Numbered from the stretch's first letter, positions 1-9,296 are shown. The stretch: DNA of 32,000 nucleotides from an uncultured Anaerolineales bacterium (GCA_964551735.1 CAZKEF010000019.1:51958-83957); one strand, 5' to 3'. Translations and numbers: made by a program. Notes: generated from the sequence alone by a model not told the origin.

Positions 1-2
1 CC

Positions 3-1427
3 GAAGAGAACAAACGCGCGGTCACCGTACGCCTCACCGGTCCGGCCGACCTGAGCCTCAGCTACAGCGCGCCTAGTCCCGTGTGGCGCGTCAGCTACCG
101 GCTGGTGGCCGACGCGGCCGACGATGAAGGCGCGGGCCTGCTCCAGGGCTGGGGCCTGTTCGACAATACGCTGGACGAGGACCTGGAGAACGTGGACCTC
201 ACTTTCGTCTCCGGCATGCCGGTCAGCTTCATCTACGACCTGTACACGCCATTCACCCCCAAACGACCGGTAATCCAGGAGCAGGCGCGCACGGTGGCAG
301 CGCCGGTGGAGTTCGAGGGCGCGCTGGAGGCCGCTGCGCTGGGCGCGCCGGCCGGCAAGATGGCGGTGCGCGCCATGGCTGCGGCCGCGGACATGCGCGC
401 TCGCAGCGCCATGCCCCAGATCACCGCGGATGCCCTGGCGGGTTCCACCGCGGTCGCGACAACCGGCCAGGCGCAGGGCGAGTTCTTCAGCTACGTGGTG
501 GCCGCGCCGGTCACGGTGCGCCGCGGCCGCTCGGCCATGGCGCCCATCCTGCAGGCGCCGCTGAAATTCCGCAAGGAGCGCATCTATAACGGCGCCAAGC
601 AGCCGAAAAACCCCGTCATCACCCTGCGCTTCCCCAACCACACCGGCCTGACCCTGGAGCGCGGCCCGCTGACGGTGATTGAGGCCGGCGAATACGCGGG
701 CGAGGCGATGCTGCCGTTCACCGGGCCCCAGGGCGAGATCATCCTGGCCTACGCGGTGGACCTGGGCGTCACCGTCACAGAGGAGCCGGACGCCCAACAC
801 GTGCTCTCGTCGGTAAGCATCAAGGACGGCATGTTGCTGATGCAAGAGTGGGACGCCCGCCAGATCACCTACCGGATCCGGAACCGCAATACCGCCGCGG
901 TCAAGGTCACGGTGGAGCACGCACGGATCAGCGGCTTCCAGCGGTACGACACACCCGCGCCCGCGGAAGAGACCGAGGCGTTCGACCGCCATGTAGTATC
1001 CGTTCCCGCACGCGGCCTGGCCAGCTTCACCGCGCGGCAGCGCCGGCTGCTCTCCCGCCGGGAAGAGATCCACAAGCAGAGCCTGGCCCACCTGGCCGCC
1101 TGGCTGCGGGATAAAGCGCTGGACGAGGCGCTCCATGACCGCCTGCGGGATGTGCTGGCGCTGTACGACCGGATCGCGGAGCACGAGGGCGCGCTGAAGA
1201 AAAACGACGCGGCGCGGCAGGAGATCTTCAGCCAGCAAAGGGTGATCCAGGGCAACCTGGGGGCGCTGAAAGAAGGCGGTGAGGAAGGGCAGTTGCGGGG
1301 CCGCTACGCGCGCACCCTGCAGGAGCTGGAGGATCGGCTGGCCGGGCTCAAGCGCGATGATGATCGGCTGCACACGGCGATCGAGGAGACGAAGCGGGAG
1401 ATCGACTTGCGGCTGAAGATGTTGTGA
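3..1427 (+). CDS. DUF4139-like protein with C-terminal coiled-coil tail (5' end cut by window edge)
   Basis: The frame of ORF 81..1427 stays open back to nt 3 (EENKRAVTVRLTGPADLSLSYSAPSPVWRVSYRLV...), so the gene starts upstream of the window. The beta-rich body resembles my memory of the DUF4139 (mucoidy-inhibitor-like) family. The last ~110 aa are charged and heptad-like (LRDVLALYDRIAEHEGALKKNDAARQEIF...LEDRLAGLKRDDDRLHTAIEETKREIDLRL). The family name is from recall, not a search. Confidence 0.6.
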   Translation, partial: EENKRAVTVRLTGPADLSLSYSAPSPVWRVSYRLVADAADDEGAGLLQGWGLFDNTLDEDLENVDLTFVSGMPVSFIYDLYTPFTPKRPVIQEQARTVAAPVEFEGALEAAALGAPAGKMAVRAMAAAADMRARSAMPQITADALAGSTAVATTGQAQGEFFSYVVAAPVTVRRGRSAMAPILQAPLKFRKERIYNGAKQPKNPVITLRFPNHTGLTLERGPLTVIEAGEYAGEAMLPFTGPQGEIILAYAVDLGVTVTEEPDAQHVLSSVSIKDGMLLMQEWDARQITYRIRNRNTAAVKVTVEHARISGFQRYDTPAPAEETEAFDRHVVSVPARGLASFTARQRRLLSRREEIHKQSLAHLAAWLRDKALDEALHDRLRDVLALYDRIAEHEGALKKNDAARQEIFSQQRVIQGNLGALKEGGEEGQLRGRYARTLQELEDRLAGLKRDDDRLHTAIEETKREIDLRLKML

Positions 1428-1458
1428 ACCTGAGTATCGGCAATAACCGGTTTCGCCT

Positions 1459-1493
1459 GCTGCGTGCTGGTGCATAGCGTACCAGCACGCAGC
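1459..1493. terminator. Hairpin between convergent genes (possible bidirectional terminator, no clear U-tract)
   Basis: gctgcgtgctggt (1459-1471) pairs perfectly with accagcacgcagc (1481-1493) around a 9-nt loop. It lies in the 77-nt gap between the stop at 1427 (+) and the stop at 1505 (-). Confidence 0.45.
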
Positions 1494-1504
1494 TGACGAA
1501 GTAC

Positions 1505-4500
1505 CTACCTCAGCACAAGAGGCAGATAGACATAGACCAGCGGTCGTAGCGGCGCGTTATGATGCACCGGTTCATCTATCACGGTCAGGATTGGGCTCTC
1601 GTACGGGGCATAGCCGGCCGCAGTGACCTTGATCTTGTACTTGCCAGGCAATGTGAAGAAGGCGTAATACCCATCGGCCACTGTGGTTTGCGGGTTCTGC
1701 TGGCCCCAGATGCCGGCCGGCCACGCCTGCCAGGTGTCCGCGTCCTCATCCACCAACTCATAGCAGGTGACGATCGCACCGGCAATCCGGTAATCAATTC
1801 CTTTGGAGACATCATAAACATAACCATCCGGATCGATGAGACCCTGCAATATCAAGATGTTGTGGAACGGGCCATCAGGGCCGTCGCAGCGGACCTGGAC
1901 ACTGGCCGCGTAGTTGCCACTGCTCGGCGGCGCATAACTGCCGGACCAGACATTATCGTAGGTATTGACCATCGCCGCCGCAAAGACCCCACCAGCATAT
2001 ACTTCAGCCTTATAGACGTTGCAACTGATGGGGACCTGCAACGTGATGGTATCGCCGGTGCGCGTCCAAACGCGGCCGCCCAGGTTCGCGAGACCCGCGT
2101 CATCGCGCAAATGCTGCGTAGTTCCATGCGCTGTGACCAGGATGTGGACAGGGTCAACCAGCAAGGTTGGATCAACGGTGAGATAAACCATGTTCGAAGC
2201 AGGATTCGATGCGCTACTGGTTGTCCGAGCGTAGAATTTGTGCAATCCAGTGCTGAGTGGCGTAGTCAAGTTAAAGGTGAACCGGCCGTCAGCCCCGGCA
2301 ACGGTGGTCAGGATCGGCGTCTCGGCCTGTAGGCCGGATGTCTCCTCGTACAACGCCACCTCGGCGTTCGCGGCAGCCACACCCCGGATCTGCGGCGTAT
2401 TGTCGTTGGTAGTGCCGCTGACCGGATCCACCAAAGTGGTGGCCACTTCACCGGACACTGGAATCGCCAACTCCGGGCCACTCCAAACTGTCTGGCCATC
2501 AACATAAACCATCGCGCGGAAATAGATCGTACCACTCATCGGCGCGTTGAAACGCACCACATTGCGACCGATGACACCGGTTCCCCCGTACGCGTAATAT
2601 GCGTAGCCCTTATCCACGTCATGGGACTTCGTGTCCCAGCGCACGTAGGTGTATTGCGAGTGCGCGCCGTTGGCGCTAATGAAGGCGATCTCTACCGGCT
2701 GGCCGGGCTGGACCGAGGCGGGATAGCTATCCACCGTAACGGTCGGCTGCGTTGTATAAACATATGCTTGGTGGAAGTTGTCGGCCGGGTCAATGTAGTT
2801 GAATCCCACGTAATCGCCGACGGTCAGGTCGGCCTGACAGGCGAAATCCGCGCTGAACGCGCCCGAGGCCCCGATATCCACAAAACGGGGCAGGCTTTGG
2901 CTATTCACGTAAGTGCTGAAACCGGTTCCTGTCCAATGGTAGGGGCTCACGCCAAGACGGATGTTCGGTGACGATGTGCCAGTTACCCGGTCCGCAGCGA
3001 CATCCAGCGCGCCGCTCATCGGCATCACTGCAACAGTACGAGACAGATCCGCCAGGTTGACCTCCACCTGATCGCCAGGAACCAGATCGAGCCCTTGAGT
3101 AGTGAAGGTGAAGCTGCCCGAACTGAGCGACGGGGTCACGATACCGCTGGCCTTTAACCCTCCCCCTGCGGCACGAACAGCCACGGTGCCGGGCACGCCA
3201 GGAGTGCTGTAGCCGTATACATAGTCGCCTGTATGGTGAATGCCAACGTAAGGAATGTATCGGGAGATACGCACCTGATCTTCGTGCCCATCATCCCAAT
3301 ACATCACTTCCAACTGATAGCCGCCTCGTAAATCAGCTGCGCCGTTGAAGTTGGTGGCATATGACCCCGTGCCGCTAGCATAGAAGGAGTGATGGTAATA
3401 GTTGCTGTAAGGGCCGAAGTAACGACTGGCCCAGACATTAAGCCAACCATTGGATGGCGCTATCCCAGATACAGTATTGGTCTCGGTGTTGCCATTGATG
3501 GTAAGAGGCACCACGGATTGTTCCAAATGAAGCGGTCCTGCATCCACTACTACTTTATCACCCGTGTCAATGCCCACATTGTAGAAGCCAAATCCGTATG
3601 ATGAGGAGGACGAGGAAGCAACAGTACTATAAGTAGACTTGATGACGCCATCGGGATCAAGCAGCTTGACAACCAATGGTTGTCTCGGGACCGGGTAAAC
3701 AGACACCCAATCCGAATCGGGATAGATGGTCATCATCGGGACATAACGAAACGCTGTGGTATCGTGGCCAAACGGATCGCGATAACTAGTATTGATCGTA
3801 TATCCCCCCACCATCCAGCCAACAGCATAAAAGAAGCGCCCATCGGTACCGGTGGTGACATCATAAGCGCTATAATAACTGTTAATAATTCGCACGACGC
3901 TGTTTGCGGGCCCCGTGCCGCTGACGACGCCAGCATCGCGATCCACCAGGACGTCAATCCCCACAACATCCAGGTTCACGGTCGTGGCGCCGATAGAAAC
4001 CTCAACCTTATCGCTAGCGATCACGTCCACGCCGTTGCCAGCACTATCAGTGAAGTTCAGGTATGTAAGCTGGCCATCGTAAGCGGTGACACCAGCAACC
4101 GTACCCTTGATGGCGCCCAACGCATTGCGCAACACGGCGTTGACAGCCGTGAAAGGTGGACCAAATACATCAAGATCGCTCCAACTATCCAGGCGCACCC
4201 GGACGTAAGGGCCGGCATAAAGACTGTCTCCGCTGACGATGTTGTCGGCCGCATCGAGATAGAGGGGATAAGCATAGCTGCCGGGCGCCAGGTTCACCGC
4301 GCCTGCGTAATTGGCAGTGAAGGCGCCGCTGGCATTGGCAAACACCTTGCGATAAGCGTAGCTGTTCTGGTACTCATCGCGGGCATACACGATGACCTTG
4401 CCGTTGGATGGCACGCCGCCACTGACCGTATCCGCGGCCGTGTCGAACCCTGTCACCCGTGCGGCCACCACGTTGATTGTCTCCGGTGGCGCGCTGCCGA

Positions 4501-5683
4501 TCTGCGCCTCGAGCTGGTCACCAGGCACGATATCGGCGTTCCCTCCACACGCACCTATCGCGATTAGGCGTGTCGAGGCACTTCCGCTGCTGCCGATCTG
4601 GGCGGTGGCTGTGGCCTTCACAGCGCCCGATGCATTTCGTAGTGTAAAGACTGCCGGCTCACCCGGCTTTCCGTAGGCATAAACGTAATCATATCCGTAG
4701 CGCACTTCCACACCTGGCACGCGCCAACTGCTCAGAACAACAGAAAAGCCATCAGGACTGGTGTAAGTCAGGCTCACGTTGGTGCCAGGGATGAGATCGA
4801 AAGCATCCCCGACGGAGACCGCAAAACGTCCACCGGCGTCGGCTGTTGCGCTGCGAAAGAGATAGCTGACCCGATCATCCTGGACAAATAAGGATAGCTG
4901 CGCGTTAGCAGGCGCAGTCCCACTGACGATATCCGCAGGCCGATCGGCCTCCAACGTCAGGCTGACCACAGGGATGGTGATGAGGGGCTCACCGGGAAGC
5001 TGCACCTCGACGCTATCACCGGCTTGGATCGCCTCGGTGAAATAGACGGTAAAATACCCGGAACTATTGGATGTGGCGCTTATCGTGCTACGGGCCTCTG
5101 CTCCCCGGCGCAGGGTGAGCGTGAAGGCAAGATTGGCCGTGGTAACGGAGCCCTCGACCCTGGTAGTGCCCAGGTAGACATTGCAGGAGGAGAGACCACC
5201 GCTGCCGGCCGCAGAAGCCGCAGCCGCCAAGTCTTCCGGAAGACCCTGGGAGTCCCGTTCTGGGCTGGATGACAAGCCCCACACAGCAGGCGGCGCCGTC
5301 CGCAGCTCAGACAGCGCTTCGTTCGGTGGAAGGACACCGAGCACGCCATCCCAGGCCCGCGCCTCGGCCAAAAAATCCGCGGTGGGTCCGACCAAAAGTA
5401 GCGCGCCCAACTCAGGCACAGGGCTGAATGTCTGTAAGCGGCCTTCACGCGTCGCATCCACCAGCCGCGGCAGCAGCAGCGACAGCAGATCAAGCCCTTG
5501 ACGATCTGGCTCAAGCAGGGGGTCAGCAGGCAATAACAAGTATTCGCCAGCGGGCTGGGTTGCAGGGGAAGTCACCACCAGCATGTCTTCATCCCCAGCC
5601 ATCGCGTCGGCATGCACCTGAGCGTGAGCGGTAGTTATGCACAAAATCAATAAGAGATAGGGAAACCACCTTCTGCGGGACAT
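1505..5683 (-). CDS. Large secreted/cell-surface protein with tandem Ig-like beta-sandwich repeats and a C-terminal carboxypeptidase-regulatory-like domain
   Basis: I chose the ATG at 5683 because GGAGG lies 7 nt upstream (aaatGGAGGtatgccATG) and it yields a signal peptide, MSRRRWFPYLLLILCITTAHAQVHA. The motif VSG(T/G/I)xP(A/S)N recurs about every 110-130 aa (VSGTAPANAQLSLFV, VSGGVPSNGKVIVYA, VSGTGPANSVVRIIN, VSGIAPSNGWLNVWA, VTGTSSPNIRLGV). The C-terminal GYYAFFTLPGKYKIKVTAAGYAPYES looks CarboxypepD_reg-like. The protein ends in LVYVYLPLVLR. Confidence 0.8.
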   Translation of the reverse strand: MSRRRWFPYLLLILCITTAHAQVHADAMAGDEDMLVVTSPATQPAGEYLLLPADPLLEPDRQGLDLLSLLLPRLVDATREGRLQTFSPVPELGALLLVGPTADFLAEARAWDGVLGVLPPNEALSELRTAPPAVWGLSSSPERDSQGLPEDLAAAASAAGSGGLSSCNVYLGTTRVEGSVTTANLAFTLTLRRGAEARSTISATSNSSGYFTVYFTEAIQAGDSVEVQLPGEPLITIPVVSLTLEADRPADIVSGTAPANAQLSLFVQDDRVSYLFRSATADAGGRFAVSVGDAFDLIPGTNVSLTYTSPDGFSVVLSSWRVPGVEVRYGYDYVYAYGKPGEPAVFTLRNASGAVKATATAQIGSSGSASTRLIAIGACGGNADIVPGDQLEAQIGSAPPETINVVAARVTGFDTAADTVSGGVPSNGKVIVYARDEYQNSYAYRKVFANASGAFTANYAGAVNLAPGSYAYPLYLDAADNIVSGDSLYAGPYVRVRLDSWSDLDVFGPPFTAVNAVLRNALGAIKGTVAGVTAYDGQLTYLNFTDSAGNGVDVIASDKVEVSIGATTVNLDVVGIDVLVDRDAGVVSGTGPANSVVRIINSYYSAYDVTTGTDGRFFYAVGWMVGGYTINTSYRDPFGHDTTAFRYVPMMTIYPDSDWVSVYPVPRQPLVVKLLDPDGVIKSTYSTVASSSSSSYGFGFYNVGIDTGDKVVVDAGPLHLEQSVVPLTINGNTETNTVSGIAPSNGWLNVWASRYFGPYSNYYHHSFYASGTGSYATNFNGAADLRGGYQLEVMYWDDGHEDQVRISRYIPYVGIHHTGDYVYGYSTPGVPGTVAVRAAGGGLKASGIVTPSLSSGSFTFTTQGLDLVPGDQVEVNLADLSRTVAVMPMSGALDVAADRVTGTSSPNIRLGVSPYHWTGTGFSTYVNSQSLPRFVDIGASGAFSADFACQADLTVGDYVGFNYIDPADNFHQAYVYTTQPTVTVDSYPASVQPGQPVEIAFISANGAHSQYTYVRWDTKSHDVDKGYAYYAYGGTGVIGRNVVRFNAPMSGTIYFRAMVYVDGQTVWSGPELAIPVSGEVATTLVDPVSGTTNDNTPQIRGVAAANAEVALYEETSGLQAETPILTTVAGADGRFTFNLTTPLSTGLHKFYARTTSSASNPASNMVYLTVDPTLLVDPVHILVTAHGTTQHLRDDAGLANLGGRVWTRTGDTITLQVPISCNVYKAEVYAGGVFAAAMVNTYDNVWSGSYAPPSSGNYAASVQVRCDGPDGPFHNILILQGLIDPDGYVYDVSKGIDYRIAGAIVTCYELVDEDADTWQAWPAGIWGQQNPQTTVADGYYAFFTLPGKYKIKVTAAGYAPYESPILTVIDEPVHHNAPLRPLVYVYLPLVLR

Positions 5684-5753
5684 GGCATACCTCCATTTGG
5701 GTGGACCGATAAGAATGGACTTATCAGCAAGATTGGGGGAGATCTGTATGCGC

Positions 5754-5782
5754 AGAATATCACTAACCAAGGTTGATGTCAA
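5754..5782 (-). promoter_or_regulatory. Sigma70-like promoter for the large surface-protein gene
   Basis: The minus strand reads TTGACA (5782-5777), a 17-nt spacer, then TATTCT (5759-5754) with TGa immediately upstream (extended -10). It sits about 70 nt upstream of the ATG at 5683. Confidence 0.5.
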
Positions 5783-5827
5783 AAACCGTCAAACTCCAAA
5801 GAGGTGCTGATCCCTTTCACCCCTCTA

Positions 5828-7171
5828 CTACTCAGCCGCCAACACCTCCGCCGTCCAAGCGCGCGCCTGCCGGGCAAACGCGGGCACGTCCACCCGAGCC
5901 AGCAACCAGATGCAGGCCAGCAGCCCGACGGCCTCGATCATGAACACGGCCGCGTAAGCCACCGACAGTTGGCCGCTGATCGCCAACGCCACATCGCGTA
6001 CCACACCGCCCATCGCGATGCCGGCCCCGCGCGATGCCAGTTGGATCACCGACCACAACGCCAGGTACGCGCCCGCCTGCCGCTCCACGTTGACCGCCAT
6101 CAGCAGGCTGACCCCGCCCACGGTGAAGATGCCGAACCCCAGGCCGAATACCACCAGGATCGGCCGGACCACAGACAGGTTTTCGGTCAGCGAGGCCGCG
6201 CCCAATGCCAGCAGCGGCAGCGCCAGCAACGCCAGGCCCCAGCTCGTGGTGCCCGCCTGCTGGTCGGGCCGCCGGCGCCGGGTCAGCGCCAGGGTGCCCA
6301 CCATGCTCACCACCACCCCTATGCCCCAGTACGCGTTGAAGCGCGTCGTCTCGCCCGCGGCCAGGCCGAACACGTCGCCGCCGAACGGCTCCAGCATGGC
6401 GTCTTGCATGAACGCGAAGAATGCGGACGCGGCCAGGAAGATCGCGTAGCGGCGCGCGCGGGAATCGGCCCACAGTGCGCCGAAGGTGCGGCGAAACGAC
6501 GGCGGGGCTGGGGATGACTGGGGGGCTGCCGCAACCGGCCGCTCCTCCCGCCACACCGAGGCGAACCAGAAGAAGGCTGCGCCGGCCATGCCGATAGCCA
6601 CCAGCCGGGCGAAAGCAGCCAGGTCGTATACGGGCATCACCCCCGCGTAGATCGCCGGGATGAACGCGAAGCTGACCACCAGCATGAGCTGCACGATGCC
6701 CACCGCCTGGCCGCGCTTCTCGTAAGGCGCGCTGTCGTGCACCAGCGCCAGGAACGGTGCGCCGGAGATCAGCGTGCCCACGCCGTAGGTGAGGAAAGAC
6801 GCCAGCGCTAACCCCCAGCCCAACAGGGAGCCCGCGTCCCGCGCGATGGCAACCACCGACAACGGCAGCAGCGGCAGCGCCAACAGCATCAGCAGCCGGC
6901 CCAGCCAGATGTACGCCACCCGCCGGCTGCCCCGGATCGGCCGCGTATCCGAACGGTGACCGGCCCACAACGTCAACGGGGCCAGCAGGTAGCGCAGCGC
7001 GGTCAGCAACGCCACCGGCCACGCCGCGACGCCCAGGTCGCTGATCAAGATCCGGTTCCAGACTGCGGACGTCAACAGGTCGGCCAGAGACGAGCCGATG
7101 TGGAAGCTGCCCAGCTTGAAAGAACGTGGGATGCTGAAGCTGACCTCTTGTTCAGCATTGCCTTCAACCAT
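5828..7171 (-). CDS. BCD/PucC-family MFS transporter
   Basis: The protein is polytopic and hydrophobic. The N-terminal signature FKLGSFHIGSSLADLLTSAVWNRILISDLGVAAWPVALLTALRYLLAPLTLWAGHRSDTRPIRGSRRVAYIWLG matches my memory of the PucC/LhaA (BCD) MFS family. The start is ambiguous: ATG 7171 has AGGAG 12 nt upstream, ATG 7183 abuts that AGGAG, and the ORF extends to a TTG at 7243. Confidence 0.75.
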   Translation of the reverse strand: MVEGNAEQEVSFSIPRSFKLGSFHIGSSLADLLTSAVWNRILISDLGVAAWPVALLTALRYLLAPLTLWAGHRSDTRPIRGSRRVAYIWLGRLLMLLALPLLPLSVVAIARDAGSLLGWGLALASFLTYGVGTLISGAPFLALVHDSAPYEKRGQAVGIVQLMLVVSFAFIPAIYAGVMPVYDLAAFARLVAIGMAGAAFFWFASVWREERPVAAAPQSSPAPPSFRRTFGALWADSRARRYAIFLAASAFFAFMQDAMLEPFGGDVFGLAAGETTRFNAYWGIGVVVSMVGTLALTRRRRPDQQAGTTSWGLALLALPLLALGAASLTENLSVVRPILVVFGLGFGIFTVGGVSLLMAVNVERQAGAYLALWSVIQLASRGAGIAMGGVVRDVALAISGQLSVAYAAVFMIEAVGLLACIWLLARVDVPAFARQARAWTAEVLAAE

Positions 7172-7286
7172 AATCCGACGCATCTCCTGTCCACCAAAAC
7201 CAATGCCCCCGGGCAATCTGCCCAAGGACATTGAGTGTATCAATCAGCGGCGTCTGGCACAGTAAATCAGCTTGCTATCTGGCCGT

Positions 7287-8324
7287 CTATGCCAATACTT
7301 TCCGCATGATCCCTAAAGCGGCCTGAATATCCTCTGCATTAACATGATAATGGGTCACAGCGCGAGCGCGGCGCGGGTCGAGGGGCAACATGCGGACGCC
7401 CGCGGCATCCAATCGCCGCGTCAGCCCCGGAGCATCCAGGTCGGGCCGCGTCACTTTGAAATAGACGATATTAGTGCGCACCGCCACCGGTTCAGGCTCG
7501 AGGCCGGGCAGCTCGGCCAGCCCTGCAGCCAGCGCCTCGGCGTTGGCGTGATCCTCGGCCAGGCGGTCCACCATCTGCTCCAACGCCACGATACCCGCGG
7601 CCGCGATGACACCGGCTTGGCGCATGCCGCCGCCTACCACCTTGCGCGCGCGCCGCGCCTCGGCGATGAAGGCCCGATCGCCGCATACCACCGAGCCCAC
7701 CGGGGCGGCCAGCCCCTTACTCAGGCAGAAGGTCAGGGTGTCCGCATCGGCGGCCAGGCTGCGCACGTCTACACCCAACGCGACCGCGGCATTGAACAGC
7801 CGAGCACCGTCCAGGTGGACCCGCAAGCCGTGCGCCCGCGCGACCTTGCCCAGCGCCTGCATGTATTCTGGCATCAGGGGGGTTCCGCTGCAGCGGTTGT
7901 GGGTGTTCTCTACGGTGATCAGCCGGGTGCGGGGGAAGTGAGGGTTGCTGGCGTCACGGATCGCGGCCACGATCTCGTCCAAATCCAGCGTGCCGTCGGG
8001 CCGGTTGCGCAGCGTGCGCGGCTGGATGCCGCCCAGCGCGGCCATGCCGCCCTGCTCATAGTAGAATGTATGCGCCTGGTCGCCGACGATCACCTCGTCG
8101 CCCCGGCCGCACTGGGCCAGCAGGCTAACCAGGTTGCCCATGGTGCCGGAGGCGACGAACAGGCCTGCCTCCTTGCCCACCCGTTCGGCGGCCAGCTCTT
8201 CCAGGCGGATCACGGTGGGGTCGTCCCCCAACACGTCATCACCCACCTCGGCTGCGGCCATGGCCGCGCGCATCGCGGACGTGGGTTTGGTAATGGTGTC
8301 GCTACGAAGATCTATAGTATGCAT
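7287..8324 (-). CDS. ltaE: Low-specificity L-threonine aldolase (PLP-dependent)
   Basis: MHTIDLRSDTITKPTSAMRAAMAAAEVGDDVLGDDPTVIRLEELAAERVGKEAGLFVASGTMGNL is the canonical threonine-aldolase N-terminus. The ATG at 8324 has a GAGGAAAGG RBS upstream. It lies 13 nt downstream of the preceding gene's stop. Confidence 0.85.
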   Translation of the reverse strand: MHTIDLRSDTITKPTSAMRAAMAAAEVGDDVLGDDPTVIRLEELAAERVGKEAGLFVASGTMGNLVSLLAQCGRGDEVIVGDQAHTFYYEQGGMAALGGIQPRTLRNRPDGTLDLDEIVAAIRDASNPHFPRTRLITVENTHNRCSGTPLMPEYMQALGKVARAHGLRVHLDGARLFNAAVALGVDVRSLAADADTLTFCLSKGLAAPVGSVVCGDRAFIAEARRARKVVGGGMRQAGVIAAAGIVALEQMVDRLAEDHANAEALAAGLAELPGLEPEPVAVRTNIVYFKVTRPDLDAPGLTRRLDAAGVRMLPLDPRRARAVTHYHVNAEDIQAALGIMRKVLA

Positions 8325-8337
8325 GATAAACCTTTCC

Positions 8338-9153
8338 TCAGTATTTCCGCACCAACGCCCGGTATGCCGCGGGCTGGCGGCATTGCAGCAGTTGCGATTC
8401 CTCTCGGGCCTTGCGGTTTTCGTCCAAATCCACCGTGGCCACCGCGTACCCCTCCACCGCCTCATCCAACGCAGTGTGCACCGTGCCCCGCGGCCCCACC
8501 AGCATGGACTCGCCGCCGAAGGTGTAGGTCGGCTCGCTGCCCACCCGGTTCGCCGCGGCCACGAAGACCGCGTTCTCGCAGGCGCGGGCTACCGTGTACG
8601 CGCGCCACTCCTCCATGCGGTCGGCCTCCCACGCCGCGCTGGCGACGATGAGGTCAGCGCCGTCCAGGGTTAGGCTGCGCGCCACCTCGGGGAACGCCAT
8701 GTCCCAGCCGATCATCACGCCCAGCAGCCCAAACTCGGTCTCAAAGATGGGCATTCGGTAGCCGGGCCGGAACGCTAGCCGCTCTTCCCCGCGCAGGTGC
8801 AGCTTGCGATAGTCGCCCAGCAGTTCGCCGTCCGGGCCGATCACCACGGCAGCGTTGAACAGGATGCTCTCCACCTTCTCTTTGACGGGCATGCCGAACA
8901 CGAGGTAGACGCTGAACTCGGCCGCCTTGCCGGCCAGGTAGGAGACCACGTGGCCGGGGATGCGTTCGGCCAGCCGCGTGAAATTAAGCCCACACTCGTA
9001 GCCGGTGACAGCCAACTCCGGGAAGACGATCATGTCCGTCGGCTGTTCGCTGCAGATGCGCTGGATAAAGCCGCCCATGCGGCGCAGGTTCTCTTCGGGA
9101 TCATCGAGCACCGGCGCGGTCTGCGCCAGCGCGATGGTGATTTCTCGGGCCAT
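8338..9153 (-). CDS. Carbon-nitrogen hydrolase (nitrilase superfamily) homolog lacking the nucleophile Cys
   Basis: The CN_hydrolase fold motifs are present: FPELAVTGYE (Glu), YRKLHL (Lys) and LGVMIGWDMAFPE, where the canonical I-C-[FWY]-D has Gly in place of Cys. An AAGGAG RBS lies 8 nt before the ATG at 9153. Confidence 0.8.
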   Translation of the reverse strand: MAREITIALAQTAPVLDDPEENLRRMGGFIQRICSEQPTDMIVFPELAVTGYECGLNFTRLAERIPGHVVSYLAGKAAEFSVYLVFGMPVKEKVESILFNAAVVIGPDGELLGDYRKLHLRGEERLAFRPGYRMPIFETEFGLLGVMIGWDMAFPEVARSLTLDGADLIVASAAWEADRMEEWRAYTVARACENAVFVAAANRVGSEPTYTFGGESMLVGPRGTVHTALDEAVEGYAVATVDLDENRKAREESQLLQCRQPAAYRALVRKY

Positions 9154-9197
9154 CGGTGCTACTCCTTAGCGAAATAGGAACTCGGTCACGCAATCTC

Positions 9198-9226
9198 AAT
9201 ATAGCACAAATGTTCAAATATGTAAA
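9198..9226 (-). promoter_or_regulatory. Strong sigma70-like promoter for the CN-hydrolase/ltaE/MFS operon
   Basis: The minus strand reads TTTACA (9226-9221), a 17-nt spacer, then TGcTATATT (extended -10, hexamer 9203-9198). It sits about 45 nt upstream of the ATG at 9153. Confidence 0.6.
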
Positions 9227-9231
9227 GCCAG

Positions 9232-9289
9232 GCGAATCAGCGAATGGCGAATGACGAACAAAAGCGACTATCGGACTATCGGACTACCG
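9232..9289. repeat. Short tandem repeats (heptamers GCGAATG x about 4, then octamers GACTATCG x3)
   Basis: Read directly: GCGAATC a GCGAATG GCGAATG ACGAACA aaagc GACTATCG GACTATCG GACTACCG. The array lies between the ATL gene stop (9297) and the promoter at 9198-9226. Confidence 0.8.
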
Positions 9290-9296
9290 TGCCATC

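Noticed and set aside
3680-4567. 295-aa plus-strand ORF, and several others (1559..2332, 2621..2971), inside the large surface-protein gene.
   Set aside because: They are antisense to a 4.2-kb ORF that has a signal peptide, an RBS and internal repeat structure, and there is no independent support for them.
5832-7022. 396-aa ORF on the minus strand, in another frame within the MFS transporter gene; 5804..6517 (+) is similar.
   Set aside because: The translation is Arg/Gly/Ala/Pro-rich with no recognisable motifs, typical of off-frame ORFs in GC-rich DNA. The overlapping frame encodes a coherent polytopic BCD-family MFS protein.
7344-8651. 435-aa ORF antisense to ltaE and the CN-hydrolase gene.
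   Set aside because: It is a low-complexity Arg/Pro/Gly/Ala translation that spans two well-supported genes on the other strand, and it has no RBS.
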